NCBI GenBank assembly: GCA_002269645.1
Contig: NIVC01002152.1
Span: forward strand, 1 to 64,000
Source of the DNA: Macrostomum lignano
Lineage: Eukaryota
Direction: 5' to 3'
DNA: 64,000 nt
The translations under genes were made by a program, and so were the position numbers. How positions within the stretch are numbered: position 1 is the first letter of the stretch; every line of letters starts with the position of its first letter. The notes under the pieces are model-generated. The model worked only from the letters and a program-made list of their open reading frames with translations, did not search any database and was not told the DNA's origin. Of this stretch, positions 39,105 to 52,169 are shown in pieces.

Positions 39105-39790
39105 GTAAAAATCATAGAAGCGTCATTTACAAAATCATAGAAGCGTCATGTAAACAATCATAGAAGCGTCATTTAAAAAATCATAGAAGCGTCATATAAA
39201 AATCATAGAAGCGTCATTTAAAAAATCATAGAAGCGTCATATAAAAATCATAGATGCGTCATTTAAAAAATCGTAGAAGCGTCATGTAAACAATCATAGA
39301 AGCGTCATGTAAAAAATCATAGAAGCGTCATGTAAACAATCATAGAAGCGTCATGTAAAAAATCGTAGAAGCGTCATGTAAAAAATCTTAGAAGCGTCAT
39401 TTAAAAAATCATAGAAGCGTCATATAAAAATCATAGATGCGTCATTTAAAAAATCGTAGAAGCGTCATGTAAACAATCATAGAAGCGTCATGTAAAAAAT
39501 CGTAGAAGCGTCATGTAAAAAATCTTAGAAGCGTCATGTAAACAATCATAGAAGCGTCATGTAAACAATCATAGAAGCGTCATGTAAACAATCATAGAAG
39601 TGTCATGTAAAAAATCGTAGAAGCGTCATGTAAACAATCATAGAAGCGTCATGTAAACAATCATAGAAGCGTCATGTAAACAATCATAGAAGCGTCATAT
39701 AAAAATCATAGAAGCGTCATGTAAAAATCATAGAAGCGTCAAGAAAAAATTATAGAAGCCTCATTTAAAAACTAATGAAAGTGTCATTTA
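39105..39790. repeat. 22-23-bp minisatellite (tagaagcgtcatgtaaaaaatca)
   Basis: About 30 copies. Confidence 0.93.
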
Positions 39791-40625
39791 AAAAATTAAG
39801 AAGCGTCACGGTAGAATAAAAGAAACGTCATGTCAGACATGAAGGGTTCATGTAAAAATTAAATGCAATTATAATGCTGTGCTGGGGAGAAAAACTGAGA
39901 CGTAAAGGCTCTCAGAGAATAACTGAGATTACGGGGGGGGGGGGTTTCTGAGATGTCAAAGCAAAAGTCAGAAGCTACTTCAAAGTTCATGTCACGGGGG
40001 GGGCGCTGATAGAAGAAGAGTCATGTAAAAAATAAAAGTAGCACTATGTATACATAAAATAAAAGTCATGTCGAAGTTAAAAGATTCATTTGGGAATTGC
40101 TACGATTTCAAAGCTTGGTGGAAATCGTTATAGTGCTGTTATTCTTAAAGAAGGAATCACTAAAATGTCAAGGCTTAGGGGAGAAGAATTGCTGAGATTT
40201 CAAGGCTTTAGGTTGGCTTAAAGTTAGGTTTAGGTCAGGTGTGGGTTGAGGGTTATATTTTATCGGGTTTCAAGGTTAACAGGGGATTTTTTAGATTTCA
40301 AGGTTTATGGGGGCCATTGCTGACATGTCAAGGCTTACGGGGGGAATAGCTGAGATGTCAAGGCTCACGGGGGTATAAATGAGATTTCAAGGCTAAAGTC
40401 AGAAGCTACATGTAGTTTATTGAAAACTTTTTATTACATTATTTGATGCCTCCTCAGGGGAGGGATCGCTGATAAAAAAGCGTAATGTAAAAAATAAAAG
40501 AAGCTTCATGTCGAAGTTAAAAGATTCATTTGGGAATCCCTACGATGTTGAGGCTTGCAGGGAATCGCTATAATGCTGTAGTAGTGCTATAATGACTCTT
40601 AAAGAGAATTACTGAAATTTCAATG

Positions 40626-40687
40626 TTAGGTTAGGGTTAGGGTTAGGGTTAGGGCTAGGGTTAGGGTTAGGGTTAGGCTAGGGTTAG
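40626..40687 (+). repeat. Interstitial telomeric repeat (TTAGGG)~10
   Basis: ttagg ttaggg x4 ctaggg ttaggg x2 ttagg ctaggg ttag. Confidence 0.9.
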
Positions 40688-40910
40688 AAGGTTGACAGAT
40701 ATTTTTAGATTTCCAAGGCTTATTGGGGGCATTGCTGAGATGTCAAGGGGGGAAGTTGATATGTTAAAGCTTGTGGGGGGGAATTACTGACATGTCAAGG
40801 CTTACAAGGTTTGACAGAAGATTTTTTAAGATTTCAAGGATACATGTAGCTTATTAAAAAAACGTGTATTGCATTTCTTTGGCTCCCCAACGGGGGGCGT
40901 AGATTGCTAG

Positions 40911-41133
40911 TCTGTCTCTAAAGTTGCACCTCATCAAATCTTCTGTCTCTGAAGCTGCACCTCATCAAATCTTCTGTCTCTCTGAAGCTGCACCTCATCA
41001 AATCTTCTGTCTCTCTGAAGCTGCACCTCATCAAGTCTTCTGTCTCTCTGAAGCTGCACCTCATCAAGTCTTCTGTCTCTCTGAAGCTGCACCTCATCAA
41101 ATCTTAGCTGTCTGTCTGAAGCTGCACCTCATC
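40911..41133. repeat. Distal part of the 33505-35145 satellite
   Basis: Same gaagctgcacctcatcaa core. Confidence 0.92.
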
Positions 41134-41647
41134 GAAGCTTTGTTCTTCGCAGCGAACCAGGTTAAAAAACGAGAAAATTTTTATCTTTAATGAAAGTCCA
41201 TTGTTGAGTAATGCGGCTGGTCTTGAGACGGTATTTCAAATCGCATATTTTTGTATAAATTTCTTAAGCTATAAGGCTTGACTCGTCTTATTTCTGTAAT
41301 ACTTTAAAAACGAACCAACTACGATAACTTGAGATTGGCTAAATATTAAATCTAAAACTCGGTTCATTCGGTGCAACCAAGATTTTAATTAAAAAACAAA
41401 ATGATATCACAAAAGTCTGTCTGAAGTTGCGCTGAAGTCACTAACGCCTAAGGAATGATTAATAGCACGTACCTTTCAGCAGAAAGATGTCCGAAAGTGG
41501 AAATTAGGTCAATAAGAAAGAAACTAATCATCAACTGATCTAATTCATTTTTCATAAAAGACGAAGCTTTGATACAGATTTCAGAAAACTGTCAGCCGGC
41601 AGACTGAGGCCGAGGTCTGTCAGTACAAATTCTTCACATAATTTAGC

Positions 41648-42385
41648 TGAGACACCAAAGTACGGACTGGGGATGGCACTAAAGTGAGACACCAAAGTAC
41701 GGACTGGGGATGGCACTAAAGTGAGACACCAAAGTACGGACTGGGGATGGCACTAAAGTGAGACACCAAAGTACGGACTGGGGATGGCACTAAAGTGAGA
41801 CACAATACGGACTGGGGATGGCACTAAAGTGAGACACCAAAGTACGGACTGGGGATGGCACTAAAGTGAGACACCAAAGTACGGACTGGGATGGCACTAA
41901 AGTGAGACACCAAAGTACGGACTGGGGATGGCACTAAAGTGAGACACAATACGGACTGGGGATGGCACTAAAGTGAGACACCAAAGTACGGACTGGGGAT
42001 GGCACTAAAGTGAGACACAATACGGACTGGGGATGGCACTAAAGTGAGACACCAAAGTACGGACTGGGGATGGCACTAAAGTGAGACACCAAAGTACGGA
42101 CTGGGGATGGCACTAAAGTGAGACACCAAAGTACGGACTGGGGATGGCACTAAAGTGAGACACCAAAGTACGGACTGGGGATGGCACTAAAGTGAGACAC
42201 CAAAGTACGGACTGGGGATGGCACTAAAGTGAGACACAATACGGACTGGGGATGGCACTAAAGTGAGACACCAAAGTACGGACTGGGGATGGCACTAAAG
42301 TGAGGCACAATACGGACTGGGGATGGCACTAAAGTGAGACACAGTACGGACTGGGGATGGCACTAAAGTGAGACACAATACGGAC
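41648..42385. repeat. 37/34-bp minisatellite (gagacaccaaagtacggactggggatggcactaaagt)
   Basis: About 20 copies. Confidence 0.95.
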
Positions 42386-43217
42386 AGGGGACAGGGAATG
42401 ACATTAAATTGAGCCAAATTAATCAAGCAGCTTTCTTACATGTACATTCAAGCGCAGGCTCGCAGAGTAAAACAAGATATACGAGCGTAAGTACAAATTT
42501 TTCGCGGTTCCTGCACAACAAACAAATTCATTATTCATCACACGCAAGCTTCTGCCTGCTATGCCCTTCATCATGCAGACAACAGCTGGTTTCGAGAGCT
42601 GCTGAAGACTAATGCTGGCCAATTAATGCAAACGCCCTGTTATGAGGTACCTGCTTTGCGGCTCAGACTCCTGCAGTTTATTCTTTCAATCAAGGAAAGC
42701 ATCCAGACTGCAATATTCCATAGGTCTCAATAATAAAAACACTCTGTGCAGGTACGGGCAGGGAGGAAGGAGGGTAAATTCTAAATGCCAAATTCTGGCG
42801 ATAATTTGCTGAGCACCTTGCTTATGATAGCTTTAATAACCGTAGGCATTAAAACAGATTGCCTGTCTGGTTAAACTGATGGATGCACTCATCCCGGGCC
42901 TGAGTGACTCGCATACAGGCAAAAAGTCACTAACAGAATTGGAACAATTTCCTTTCAGGCGTGTGGTGCGCTATTCGAGCGGCAGCCAGACATATTATCT
43001 TCTCCCGGTCTCTCCCGAGCTTTTAGGGCGGAAACTGGAATTTGGGTGTGGCTCCGGGGGAGAAGAGCTGGGACTGAGGGAGGCAGAGTGAAGAGAAACT
43101 GGAGACAGGAGGCAGATGAGGCAGGGGAATTTTGCCAATTATTCAGTAAATGCGGGTAGCGAGCGTTTGGAGACCAAATGATGCGGGAGACAAGTGTATC
43201 TGCCTGGCAACTGTGCG

Positions 43218-43845
43218 ATGTTTACCTGTTCGACTATGATGCTGGTGCTACTTTACACAGCATGCTTACCTGCGCTGTTTACCTGTTCGACTATGATGCT
43301 GGTGCTACTTTACACAGCATGCTTACCTGCGCTGTTTACCTGTTCGACTATGATGCTGGTGCTGCTTTAAACAGCATGCTTACCTGTACTGCTTATCAGT
43401 GCTACCTGTGCTGCTTATCAGTGCTACCTGTGCTGCTTATCAGTGCTACCTGTACTGCTTATCAGTGCTACCTGTGCTGCTTACCAGTGCTACCTGTACT
43501 GCTTATCAGTGCTACCTGTGCTGCTTATCAGTGCTACCTGTACTGCTTATCAGTGCTACCTGTACTGCTTATCAGTGCTACCTGTACTGCTTATCAGTGC
43601 TACCTGTGCTGCTTATCAGTGCTACCTGTACTGCTTATCAGTGCTACCTGTACTGCTTATCAGTGCTACCTGTACTGCTTATCAGTGCTACCTGTGCTGC
43701 TGCTTATCAGTGCTACCTGTACTGCTTATCAGTGCTACCTGTACTGCTTATCAGTGCTACCTGTACTGCTTATCAGTGCTACCTGTGCTGCTTATCAGTG
43801 CTACCTGTACTGCTTATCAGTGCTACCTGTGCTGCTTACCTGTTC
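43218..43845. repeat. ~57-bp x3 repeat followed by 22-bp array (tgctacctgtactgcttatcag)
   Basis: Directly visible. Confidence 0.92.
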
Positions 43846-44276
43846 CTGTCAATGCTACGAACTTTGGTTTGCAAGTTTCCAATACAGGCCAGAATCGCAA
43901 TGCACTTATCGTAGCTCGTATATGCCGATAATCAGGTCCAGAAATACAATATTTATGTAAAATAAACGCATGGGCAGTAGGTGAGAGTGACTGAGCAACT
44001 TGGTAAATATCGTCACTTTTATTAGCTAAAAGCACTCAGTTTGCCTAATGCAGCCCATATACATGTACACATGTAGAAGCAACAGTTGCTATTTGTGCTA
44101 TCATTAATTCAATAAGCCTGTTCTTTGGTGTGTCTTGACATTACTGGCGCACTGACCTAGTTAGCATATTTGAGCTGCTGCCTGAGCTGAATATTCATCT
44201 GCCGTAAAAAAACACATTCCGAATTAGACCATTTTCAATTTGCGCGTGCCTACTAAAACATGTGTAGCTGCGAGCG

Positions 44277-45200
44277 TAGATTAGCAATCCAATGTCGCTA
44301 AATGATATAGATTAGCAATCCTATGTCGCTAAATTATACAGATTAGCAATCTAATGTCACTAAATTATACAGATTAGCAATCCAATGTCACTAAATGATA
44401 TAGATTAGCAATCCAATGTCACTTAATTATACAGATTAGCAATCCAATGTCACTAACTGATATAGATTAGCAATCCAATGTCACTTAATTATACAGATTA
44501 GCAATCCAATGTCACTAAATTATACAGATTAGCAATCCAATGTCGCTAAATTAAATAGATTAGCAATCCAATGTCACTTAATTATACAGATTAGCAATCC
44601 AATGTCACTAAATTATATAGATTAGCAATCCTATGTCGCTAAATTAAATAGATTAGCAATCCAATGTCACTTAATTATATAGATTAGCAATCCAATGTCA
44701 CTTAATTATAGATTAGCAATCTAATGTCACTTAATTATATAGATTAGCAATCTAATGTCACTTAATTATATAGATTAGCAATCTAATGTCACTTAATTAT
44801 ATAGATTAGCAATCTAATGTCACTTAATTATATAGATTAGCAATCTAATGTCACTTAATTATATAGATTAGCAATCCAATGTCACTAAATTATATAGATT
44901 AGCAATCCTATGTCGCTAAATTAAATAGATTAGCAATCCAATGTCACTTAATTATATAGATTAGCAATCCAATGTCACTTAATTATAGATTAGCAATCTA
45001 ATGTCACTTAATTATATAGATTAGCAATCTAATGTCACTTAATTATATAGATTAGCAATCTAATGTCACTTAATTATATAGATTAGCAATCTAATGTCAC
45101 TTAATTATATAGATTAGCAATCCAATGTCCCTGAATTATATAGATTAGCAATCCAATGTCACTAAATTATATAGATTAGCAATCCTATGTCACTAAATTA
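44277..45200. repeat. ~31-bp satellite (tagattagcaatccaatgtcacttaattata)
   Basis: About 30 copies. Confidence 0.95.
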
Positions 45201-45221
45201 GATGGCTATTTATGCTAATCT

Positions 45222-46035
45222 AACCATGGACTGCTAATCTAGCCATGGATTGCTAATCTAGTCTGGATTGCTAATCTAGCCATGCTGTGACTATCATAAA
45301 TTGCTAATCTAGTCATCGATTGCTAATCTAGTTATGCTGTGACTATTATGGATTGCTAATCTAGTCATGGATTGCTAATCTTGTCATGGATTGCTAATCT
45401 AGTCATGGATTCCTAATCTAGCCATGGATTGCTAATCTAGCCATGAATTCCTAATCTAGCCATGGATTGCTAATCTAGTCATGGATTCCTAATCTAGCCA
45501 TGGATTGCTAATGTAGCCATGGATTGCTAATCTAGCCATGGATTGCTAATCTAGCCATGGATTGCTAATCTAGTCATGGATTGCTAATCTAGCCATGGAT
45601 TGCCAATCTAGCCCTGGATTGCTAATCTAGCCATGCTGTGACTATCGTGGATTGCTAATCTAGCCATGCTGTGACTATCATGGATTGCTAATGTAGCCAT
45701 GGATTGCTAATCTAGCCATGGATTGCTAATCTAGCCATGGATTGCTAATCTAGTCATGGATTGCTAATCTAGCCATGGATTGCCAATCTAGCCCTGGATT
45801 GCTAATCTAGCCATGCTGTGACTATCATGGATTGCTAATCTAGCCATGCTGTGACTATCATGGATTGCTAATCTAGCCATGGATTGCTAATCTAGTCATG
45901 GATTGCTAATCTAGCCGTGGATTGCTAATCTAGTCATGGATTGCTAATCTAGCCGTGGATTGCTAATCTAGTCATGGATTGCTAATCTAGCCGTGGATTG
46001 CTAATCTAGTCATAGATTGCTAATCTAGCCATGCT
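45222..46035. repeat. 19-bp satellite (tggattgctaatctagcca), inverted relative to the 44277-45200 array
   Basis: Core tggattgctaatcta is the reverse complement of tagattagcaatcca. Confidence 0.95.
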
Positions 46036-46624
46036 GCGGATTTTCTAAAAACCCGTGCAATAGAAAAAAGGCTGTCAGCCCTGAATATCAAACTAAACTG
46101 CTGGCTGGCAGAACAAAGCAGAAACAGAGAAACGCGAACAGCAAGCTTTCAAACAGCTAATTAAAATGTATTAGAAACCCAGACAGCACAGACAGAGCCA
46201 GATATATATATTTAGATCGAAAAAACTGGTTTGAGGGTTTAAGAGGAAATTGCAGACAATATATGCCCAAAAATAGAGAAAGCGAGAGCTCAACTCTTTT
46301 TAAAAAACCCAATTCGCAGTGCTCGCTTCGCTTTTGTATTGCGGAAACAATAGATAGGGCGAAACTGAATAGCGCGCGGGCGCGGGGGTTTAGTTGAAAT
46401 ACAAGGAATAGAAAATTTAATATTATTCACTTGTACTATTGTACTATTAGTAGAAGTTCGAGCATTTTAATTGTCTGGTCTCCGGGACAGATGGAAAATT
46501 ATTACTAGGATAATTGCACTAAGCAAGCGAGACGGGTCTTATTTAACTTCCGAATGTTACTACTGAATAATTAAACGTGAGTAGTTAGTCACGGGCTGCA
46601 CTGAAACCTTTAGATCTTGTCAGT

Positions 46625-47314
46625 TCAACTCTCGTCCATTTTCTCCTCCTCATCCTTGGCGTCAGGCTTGGCAGCGGAAGCGGCCATTTCGACATCCTCG
46701 CTGCCTTCAGCAGCAGCAGCGGCGGCAGTCGGCTTCGGCTGCTGCAGGGCGCGCATAAACGCCTCGGCGTTGCCTTCGTTAGCCGCTTGAACGGCGGCCT
46801 CGCCGACGCCGAACTGGGCAACCAGCGGTCCCAGCTCGCCGGTGCGCAGAGCGGCCGCGAACGCCGACACGCACTGGCGAAATTGCGGCGATTGAACTGA
46901 ACGACGCAATTCGTCGACGCTGCGCGGCAGATCCGGACTGTCGGGCAGGAAAGGCATCAGACGGGCCTGCAGCTGGGCGTCGGCTAGCAGGGGCAGCAGC
47001 GATTCGATTGGCAGGGCGTCGTTCAGGTCAAACTGGGCGCCAGCTGAGCCAGCCGAAGCCGGAGCGGCGCCTTCGGGAGCCTGGATGGAGGTGAGGATTG
47101 TCTGCAGATCGCTAAGCTGAATTCGACCGCCGGCTGTGCGCTGCTGCTGCTGCAGTGGCGTCTGTTGAAGCTCGCGACCTCCGCCGCTGCCGGCGGCGAC
47201 TCCACCGGCGGAGGCGGCCGCGGTGGCCGGGCGCTCCGGCATTGTCTGTCTGGCGCCCGAAGCCGCGGAATTGGCGCCGCTGCCGGCGGGGCGAACTCCG
47301 GGCGAGCTTTGCAC
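46625..47314 (-). CDS. ADRM1: Proteasomal ubiquitin receptor ADRM1/Rpn13, last exon (DEUBAD/UCH37-binding domain)
   Basis: IQLSDLQTIL, SPQFRQCVSAFAAALRTGELGPLVAQFG, KMDES-stop; cccag|gtg acceptor, phase 0. Confidence 0.93.
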   Translation of the reverse strand: MQSSPGVRPAGSGANSAASGARQTMPERPATAAASAGGVAAGSGGGRELQQTPLQQQQRTAGGRIQLSDLQTILTSIQAPEGAAPASAGSAGAQFDLNDALPIESLLPLLADAQLQARLMPFLPDSPDLPRSVDELRRSVQSPQFRQCVSAFAAALRTGELGPLVAQFGVGEAAVQAANEGNAEAFMRALQQPKPTAAAAAAEGSEDVEMAASAAKPDAKDEEEKMDES

Positions 47315-47354
47315 CTGGGAGCGGGATGGAATGAGTAGGCTTAACAATGGACAA

Positions 47355-50300
47355 TTCTCATAGATCTGGGGCGATTCTCATAGATCTGGGGCGATTCTCA
47401 TAGATCTGGGGCGATTCTCATAGATCTGGGGCGATTCTCATAGATCTGGGGCGATTCTCATAGATCTGGGGCGATTCTCATAGATCTGAGGCGATTCTCA
47501 TAGATCTGGGGCGATTCTCATAGATCTGAGGCGATTCTCATAGATCTGGGGCGATTCTCATAGATCTGGGGCAACTCTCATAGATCTGGGGCGATTCTCA
47601 TAGATCTGGGGCGATTTTCATAGATCTGGGGCGATTCTCATAGATCTGGGGCGATTCTCATAGATCTGAGGCAATTCTCATAGATCTGGGGCGATTCTCA
47701 TAGATCTGGGGCGATTCTCATAGATCTGGGGCGATTCTCATAGATCTGGGGCGATTCTCATAGATCTGAGGCGATTCTCATAGATCTGGGGCAACTCTCA
47801 TAGATCTGAGGCGATTCTCATAGATCTGGGGCGATTCTCATAGATCTGAGGCGATTCTCATAGATCTGGGGCGATTCTCATAAATCTGAGGCAATTCTCA
47901 TAGATCTGGGGCGATTGTCATAGATCTGAGGCGATTTTCATAGATCTGAGGCGATTCTCATAGATCTGGGGCGATTCTCATAGATCTAGGGCCATTCCCA
48001 GAGATCTGTGGCGATTCTCATAGATCTGGGGCGATTCTCATAGATCTGGGGCAACTCTCATAGATCTGGGGCGATTCTCATAGATCTGGGGCGATTCTCA
48101 TAGATCTGGGGCAACTCTCATAGATCTGGGGCGATTCTCATAGATCTGAGGCGATTCTCATAGATCTGGGGCGATTCTCATAGATCTGGGACGATTCTCA
48201 TAGATCTGGGGCAACTCTCATAGATCTGGGGCGATTCTCATAGATCTGGGGCAACTCTCATAGATCTGGGGCGATTCTCATAGATCTGGGGCAACTCTCA
48301 TAGATCTGGGGCAACTCTCATAGATCTGGGGCGATTCTCATAGATCTGGGGCGATTCTCATAGATCTGGGGCGATTCTCATAGATCTGGGACGATTCTCA
48401 TAAATCTGAGGCAATTCTCATAGATCTGGGGCGATTCTCATAGATCTGGGGCGATTCTCATAGATCTGGGGCGATTCTCATAGATCTGGGGCGATTGTCA
48501 TAGATCTGGGACAACTCTCATAGATCTGGAGCGATTCTCATAGATATGGGGCGATTCTCATAGATCTGGGGCGATTCTCATAGATCTGAGGCGATTCTCA
48601 TAGATCTGGGGCGATTCTCATAGATCTGAGGCGATTCTCATAGATCTGGGGCGATTCTCATAGATCTGAGGCAATTCTCATAGATCTGGGGCGATTGTCA
48701 TAGATCTGAGGCGATTTTCATAGATCTGAGGCGATTCTCATAGATCTGGGGCGATTCTCATAGATCTGAGGCGATTCTCATAGATCTGGGGCGATTCTCA
48801 TAAATCTGAGGCAATTCTCATAGATCTGGGGCGATTGTCATAGATCTGAGGCGATTTTCATAGATCTGAGGCGATTCTCATAGATCTGGGGCGATTCTCA
48901 TAGATCTGGAGCGATTCTCATAGATCTAGGGCCATTCCCAGAGATCTGTGGCGATTCTCATAGATCTGGGGCGATTCTCAGAGATCTGGGGCGATTCTCA
49001 TAGATCTGGGGCGATTCTCATAGATCTGGGGCGATTCTCATAGATCTGAGGCGATTCTCATAGATCTGGGGCGATTCTCATAGATCTGGGGCAACTCTCA
49101 TAGATCTGGGGCGATTCTCATAGATCTGGGGCGATTCTCATAGATCTGGGGCGATTCTCATAGATCTGGGGCAACTCTCATAGATCTGGGGCGATTCTCA
49201 TAGATCTGAGGCGATTCTCAGAGATCAGGGGCGATTCTCATAGATCTGAGGCGATTCTCATAGATCTGGGGCGATTCTCATAGATCTGGGGCAACTCTCA
49301 TAGATCTGGGGCGATTCTCATAGATCTGGGGCAACTCTCATAGATCTGGGGCAACTCTCATAGATCTGGGGCGATTCTCATACATCTGGGGCGATTCTCA
49401 TAGATCTGGGGCGATTCTCATAGATCTGGGGCGATTCTCATAGATCTGGGGCGATTCTCATAGATCTGAGGCGATTCTCATAGATCTGGGGCGATTCTCA
49501 TAAATCTGAGGCAATTCTCATAGATCTGGGGCGATTGTCATAGATCTGGGGCGATTTTCATAGATCTGAGGCGATTCTCATAGATCTGGGGCGATTCTCA
49601 TAGATCTGAGGCGATTCTCATAGATCTGAGGCGATTCTCATAGATCTGGGGCGATTCTCATAGATCTGGGGCAACTCTCATAGATCTGGGGCAACTCTCA
49701 TAGATCTGGGGCGATTCTCATAGATCTGGGGCAACTCTCATAGATCTGGGGCGATTCTCATAGATCTGAGGCGATTCTCATAGATCTGGGGCGATTCTCA
49801 TAGATATGGGGCGATTCTCATAGATCTGAGGCGATTCTCATAGATCTGGGGCGATTCTCATAGATCTGGGGCAACTCTCATAGATCTGGGGCGATTCTCA
49901 TAGATCTGGGGCGATTCTCATAGATCTGGGGCGATTCTCATAGATCTGGGGCAACTCTCATAGATCTGGGGCGATTCTCATAGATCTGAGGCGATTCTCA
50001 TAGATCTGGGGCGATTCTCAGAGATCAGGGGCGATTCTCATAGATCTGAGGCGATTCTCATAGATCTGGGGCGATTCTCATAGATCTGGGGCAACTCTCA
50101 TAGATCTGGGGCAACTCTCATAGATCTGGGGCAACTCTCATAGATCTGGGGCGATTCTCATACATCTGGGGCGATTCTCATAGATCTGGGGCGATTCTCA
50201 TAGATCTGGGGCGATTCTCATAGATCTGAGGCGATTCTCATAGATCTGGGGCAACTCTCATAGATCTGAGGCGATTCTCATAGATCTGGGGCGATTCTCA

Positions 50301-51640
50301 TAGATCTGGGGCGATTCTCATAGATCTGGGGCGATTCTCATAAATCTGAGGCAATTCTCATAGATCTGGGGCGATTCTCATAGATCTGGGGCGATTCTCA
50401 TAGATCTGGGGCGATTCTCATAGATCTGGGGCGATTGTCATAGATCTGGGACAACTCTCATAGATCTGGAGCGATTCTCATAGATATGGGGCGATTCTCA
50501 TAGATCTGGGGCGATTCTCAGAGATCTGGGGCGATTCTCATAGATCTGAGGCGATTCTCATAGATCTGGGGCGATTCTCATAGATCTGAGGCGATTCTCA
50601 TAGATCTGGGGCGATTCTCATAAATCTGAGGCAATTCTCATAGATCTGGGGCGATTGTCATAGATCTGAGGCGATTTTCATAGATCTGAGGCGATTCTCA
50701 TAGATCTGGGGCGATTCTCATAGATCTAGGGCCATTCTCAGAGATCTGTGGCGATTCTCATAGATCTGGGGCGATTCTCAGAGATCTGGGGCGATTCTCA
50801 TAGATCTGGGGCGATTCTCATAGATCTGGGGCAACTCTCATAGATCTGGGGCGATTCTCATAGATCTGGGGCGATTCTCATAGATCTGGGGCAACTCTCA
50901 TAGATCTGGGGCGATTCTCATAGATCTGGGGCAACTCTCATAGATCTGGGGCAACTCTCATAGATCTGGGGCGATTCTCATAGATCTGGGGCGATTCTCA
51001 TAGATCTGGGGCGATTCTCATAGATCTGGGGCGATTCTCATAGATCTGGGGCGATTCTCATAGATCTGAGGCGATTCTCATAGATCTGGGGCGATTCTCA
51101 TAAATCTGAGGCAATTCTCATAGATCTGGGGCGATTGTCATAGATCTGGGGCGATTTTCATAGATCTGAGGCGATTCTCATAGATCTGGGGCGATTCTCA
51201 TAGATCTGGAGCGATTCTCATAGATCTAGGGCCATTCCCAGAGATCTGTGGCGATTCTCAGAGATCTGGGGCGATTCTCAGAGATCTGGGGCGATTCTCA
51301 TAGATCTGAGGCGATTCTCAGAGATCTGGGGCGATTCTCATAGATGTGGGCGATTCTCATAAATCTGAGGCAATTCTCATAGATCTGGGGCAATTCTCAT
51401 AGATCTGAGGCGATTCTCATAGATCTGGGGCGATTCTCATAGATCTGAGGCGATTCTCATAGATCTGGGGCGATTCTCATAGATCTGAGGCGATTCTCAT
51501 AGATCTGAGGCGATTCTCATAGATCTGGGGCGATTCTCATAGATCTGAGGCGATTCTCATAGATCTGGGGCGATTCTCATAGATCTGGGGCGATTCTCAT
51601 AGATCTGAGGCAATTCTCATAGATCTGTGGCGATTCTCAC
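47355..51640. repeat. 20-bp satellite (tctcatagatctggggcgat) x~214 filling ADRM1 intron 2
   Basis: Stays in exact 20-bp register from ~47361 to ~51340. Confidence 0.98.
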
Positions 51641-51671
51641 TGGCTTGACCTAAAAAGCTAAGCAAACCTAC

Positions 51672-52028
51672 CCGACTAGGCACTGAAGAGCCCGTAGGCG
51701 CCTCCGAGGCCCCATCAGAAGCAGTAGATCCCGCCCCAGTAGAGGCCGGTCGCATCATCCCGGACGGGCTAAGGCCCATCTGCATGCCCATCTGCAGCAG
51801 TTGCATCAGCTCGCTCTGGGAAATATTGCCAAACATACTACTGAGCTCCGACTCGCCTAAGCCGCTAAGTGCGGAGCTCAGGCTGCCCGAACCGCCGCCG
51901 GCTCCACCGATGCCGCCAGCCGAGGCCGCGCCGCCGCCGCCAGCCCGACCGGAGCCCGGCTGAGGCGGGTTGTTCAGCGAATCGTTCACCTTCTTGCACA
52001 GATCGGCGTCTTTGTCCTCTTTCGGCTC
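51672..52028 (-). CDS. ADRM1: ADRM1 middle exon (EPKEDKDADLCKKVNDSLNNPP...)
   Basis: Continues the Pru domain and Gly/Ser linker; tgtcag|gag acceptor, cgg|gtaggt donor, both phase 0. Confidence 0.9.
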
Positions 52029-52169
52029 CTGACAGGGTTGAGGATTTATGGGAGGGGGGGGGGTTAACTGAACTGTCCTTACAGCACAGCTAAGGACACA
52101 TGATAACACATGATAGCAGTAGGATCTAATCTGACCCGCCCCCCTATTTACTAAATCTGCCATTCTCAT

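Larger units (their letters stand above)
35146..40910 (+). mobile_element. Non-autonomous Helitron-like composite element
   Basis: Begins TCCTATATACTAAAAATG; ends with a GC hairpin (ctcccc-aac-gggggg) then CTAG; no TSD; removing it restores the host satellite caaatct|tctgtctc; no RepHel ORF. Confidence 0.75.

Noticed and set aside
40626-40687. True chromosome end
   Set aside because: Short, imperfect and flanked by ordinary sequence on both sides; interstitial
41648-42385. 37-bp repeats (and other 28-39-bp arrays) as possible CRISPR arrays
   Set aside because: Contiguous tandem copies with no unique spacers, no cas genes, eukaryotic context
43178-43960. Cys-rich ORFs (CTAYQCYLYC repeats) resembling metallothionein or keratin-associated proteins
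   Set aside because: Open in several frames of a 22-bp tandem array; no splice support
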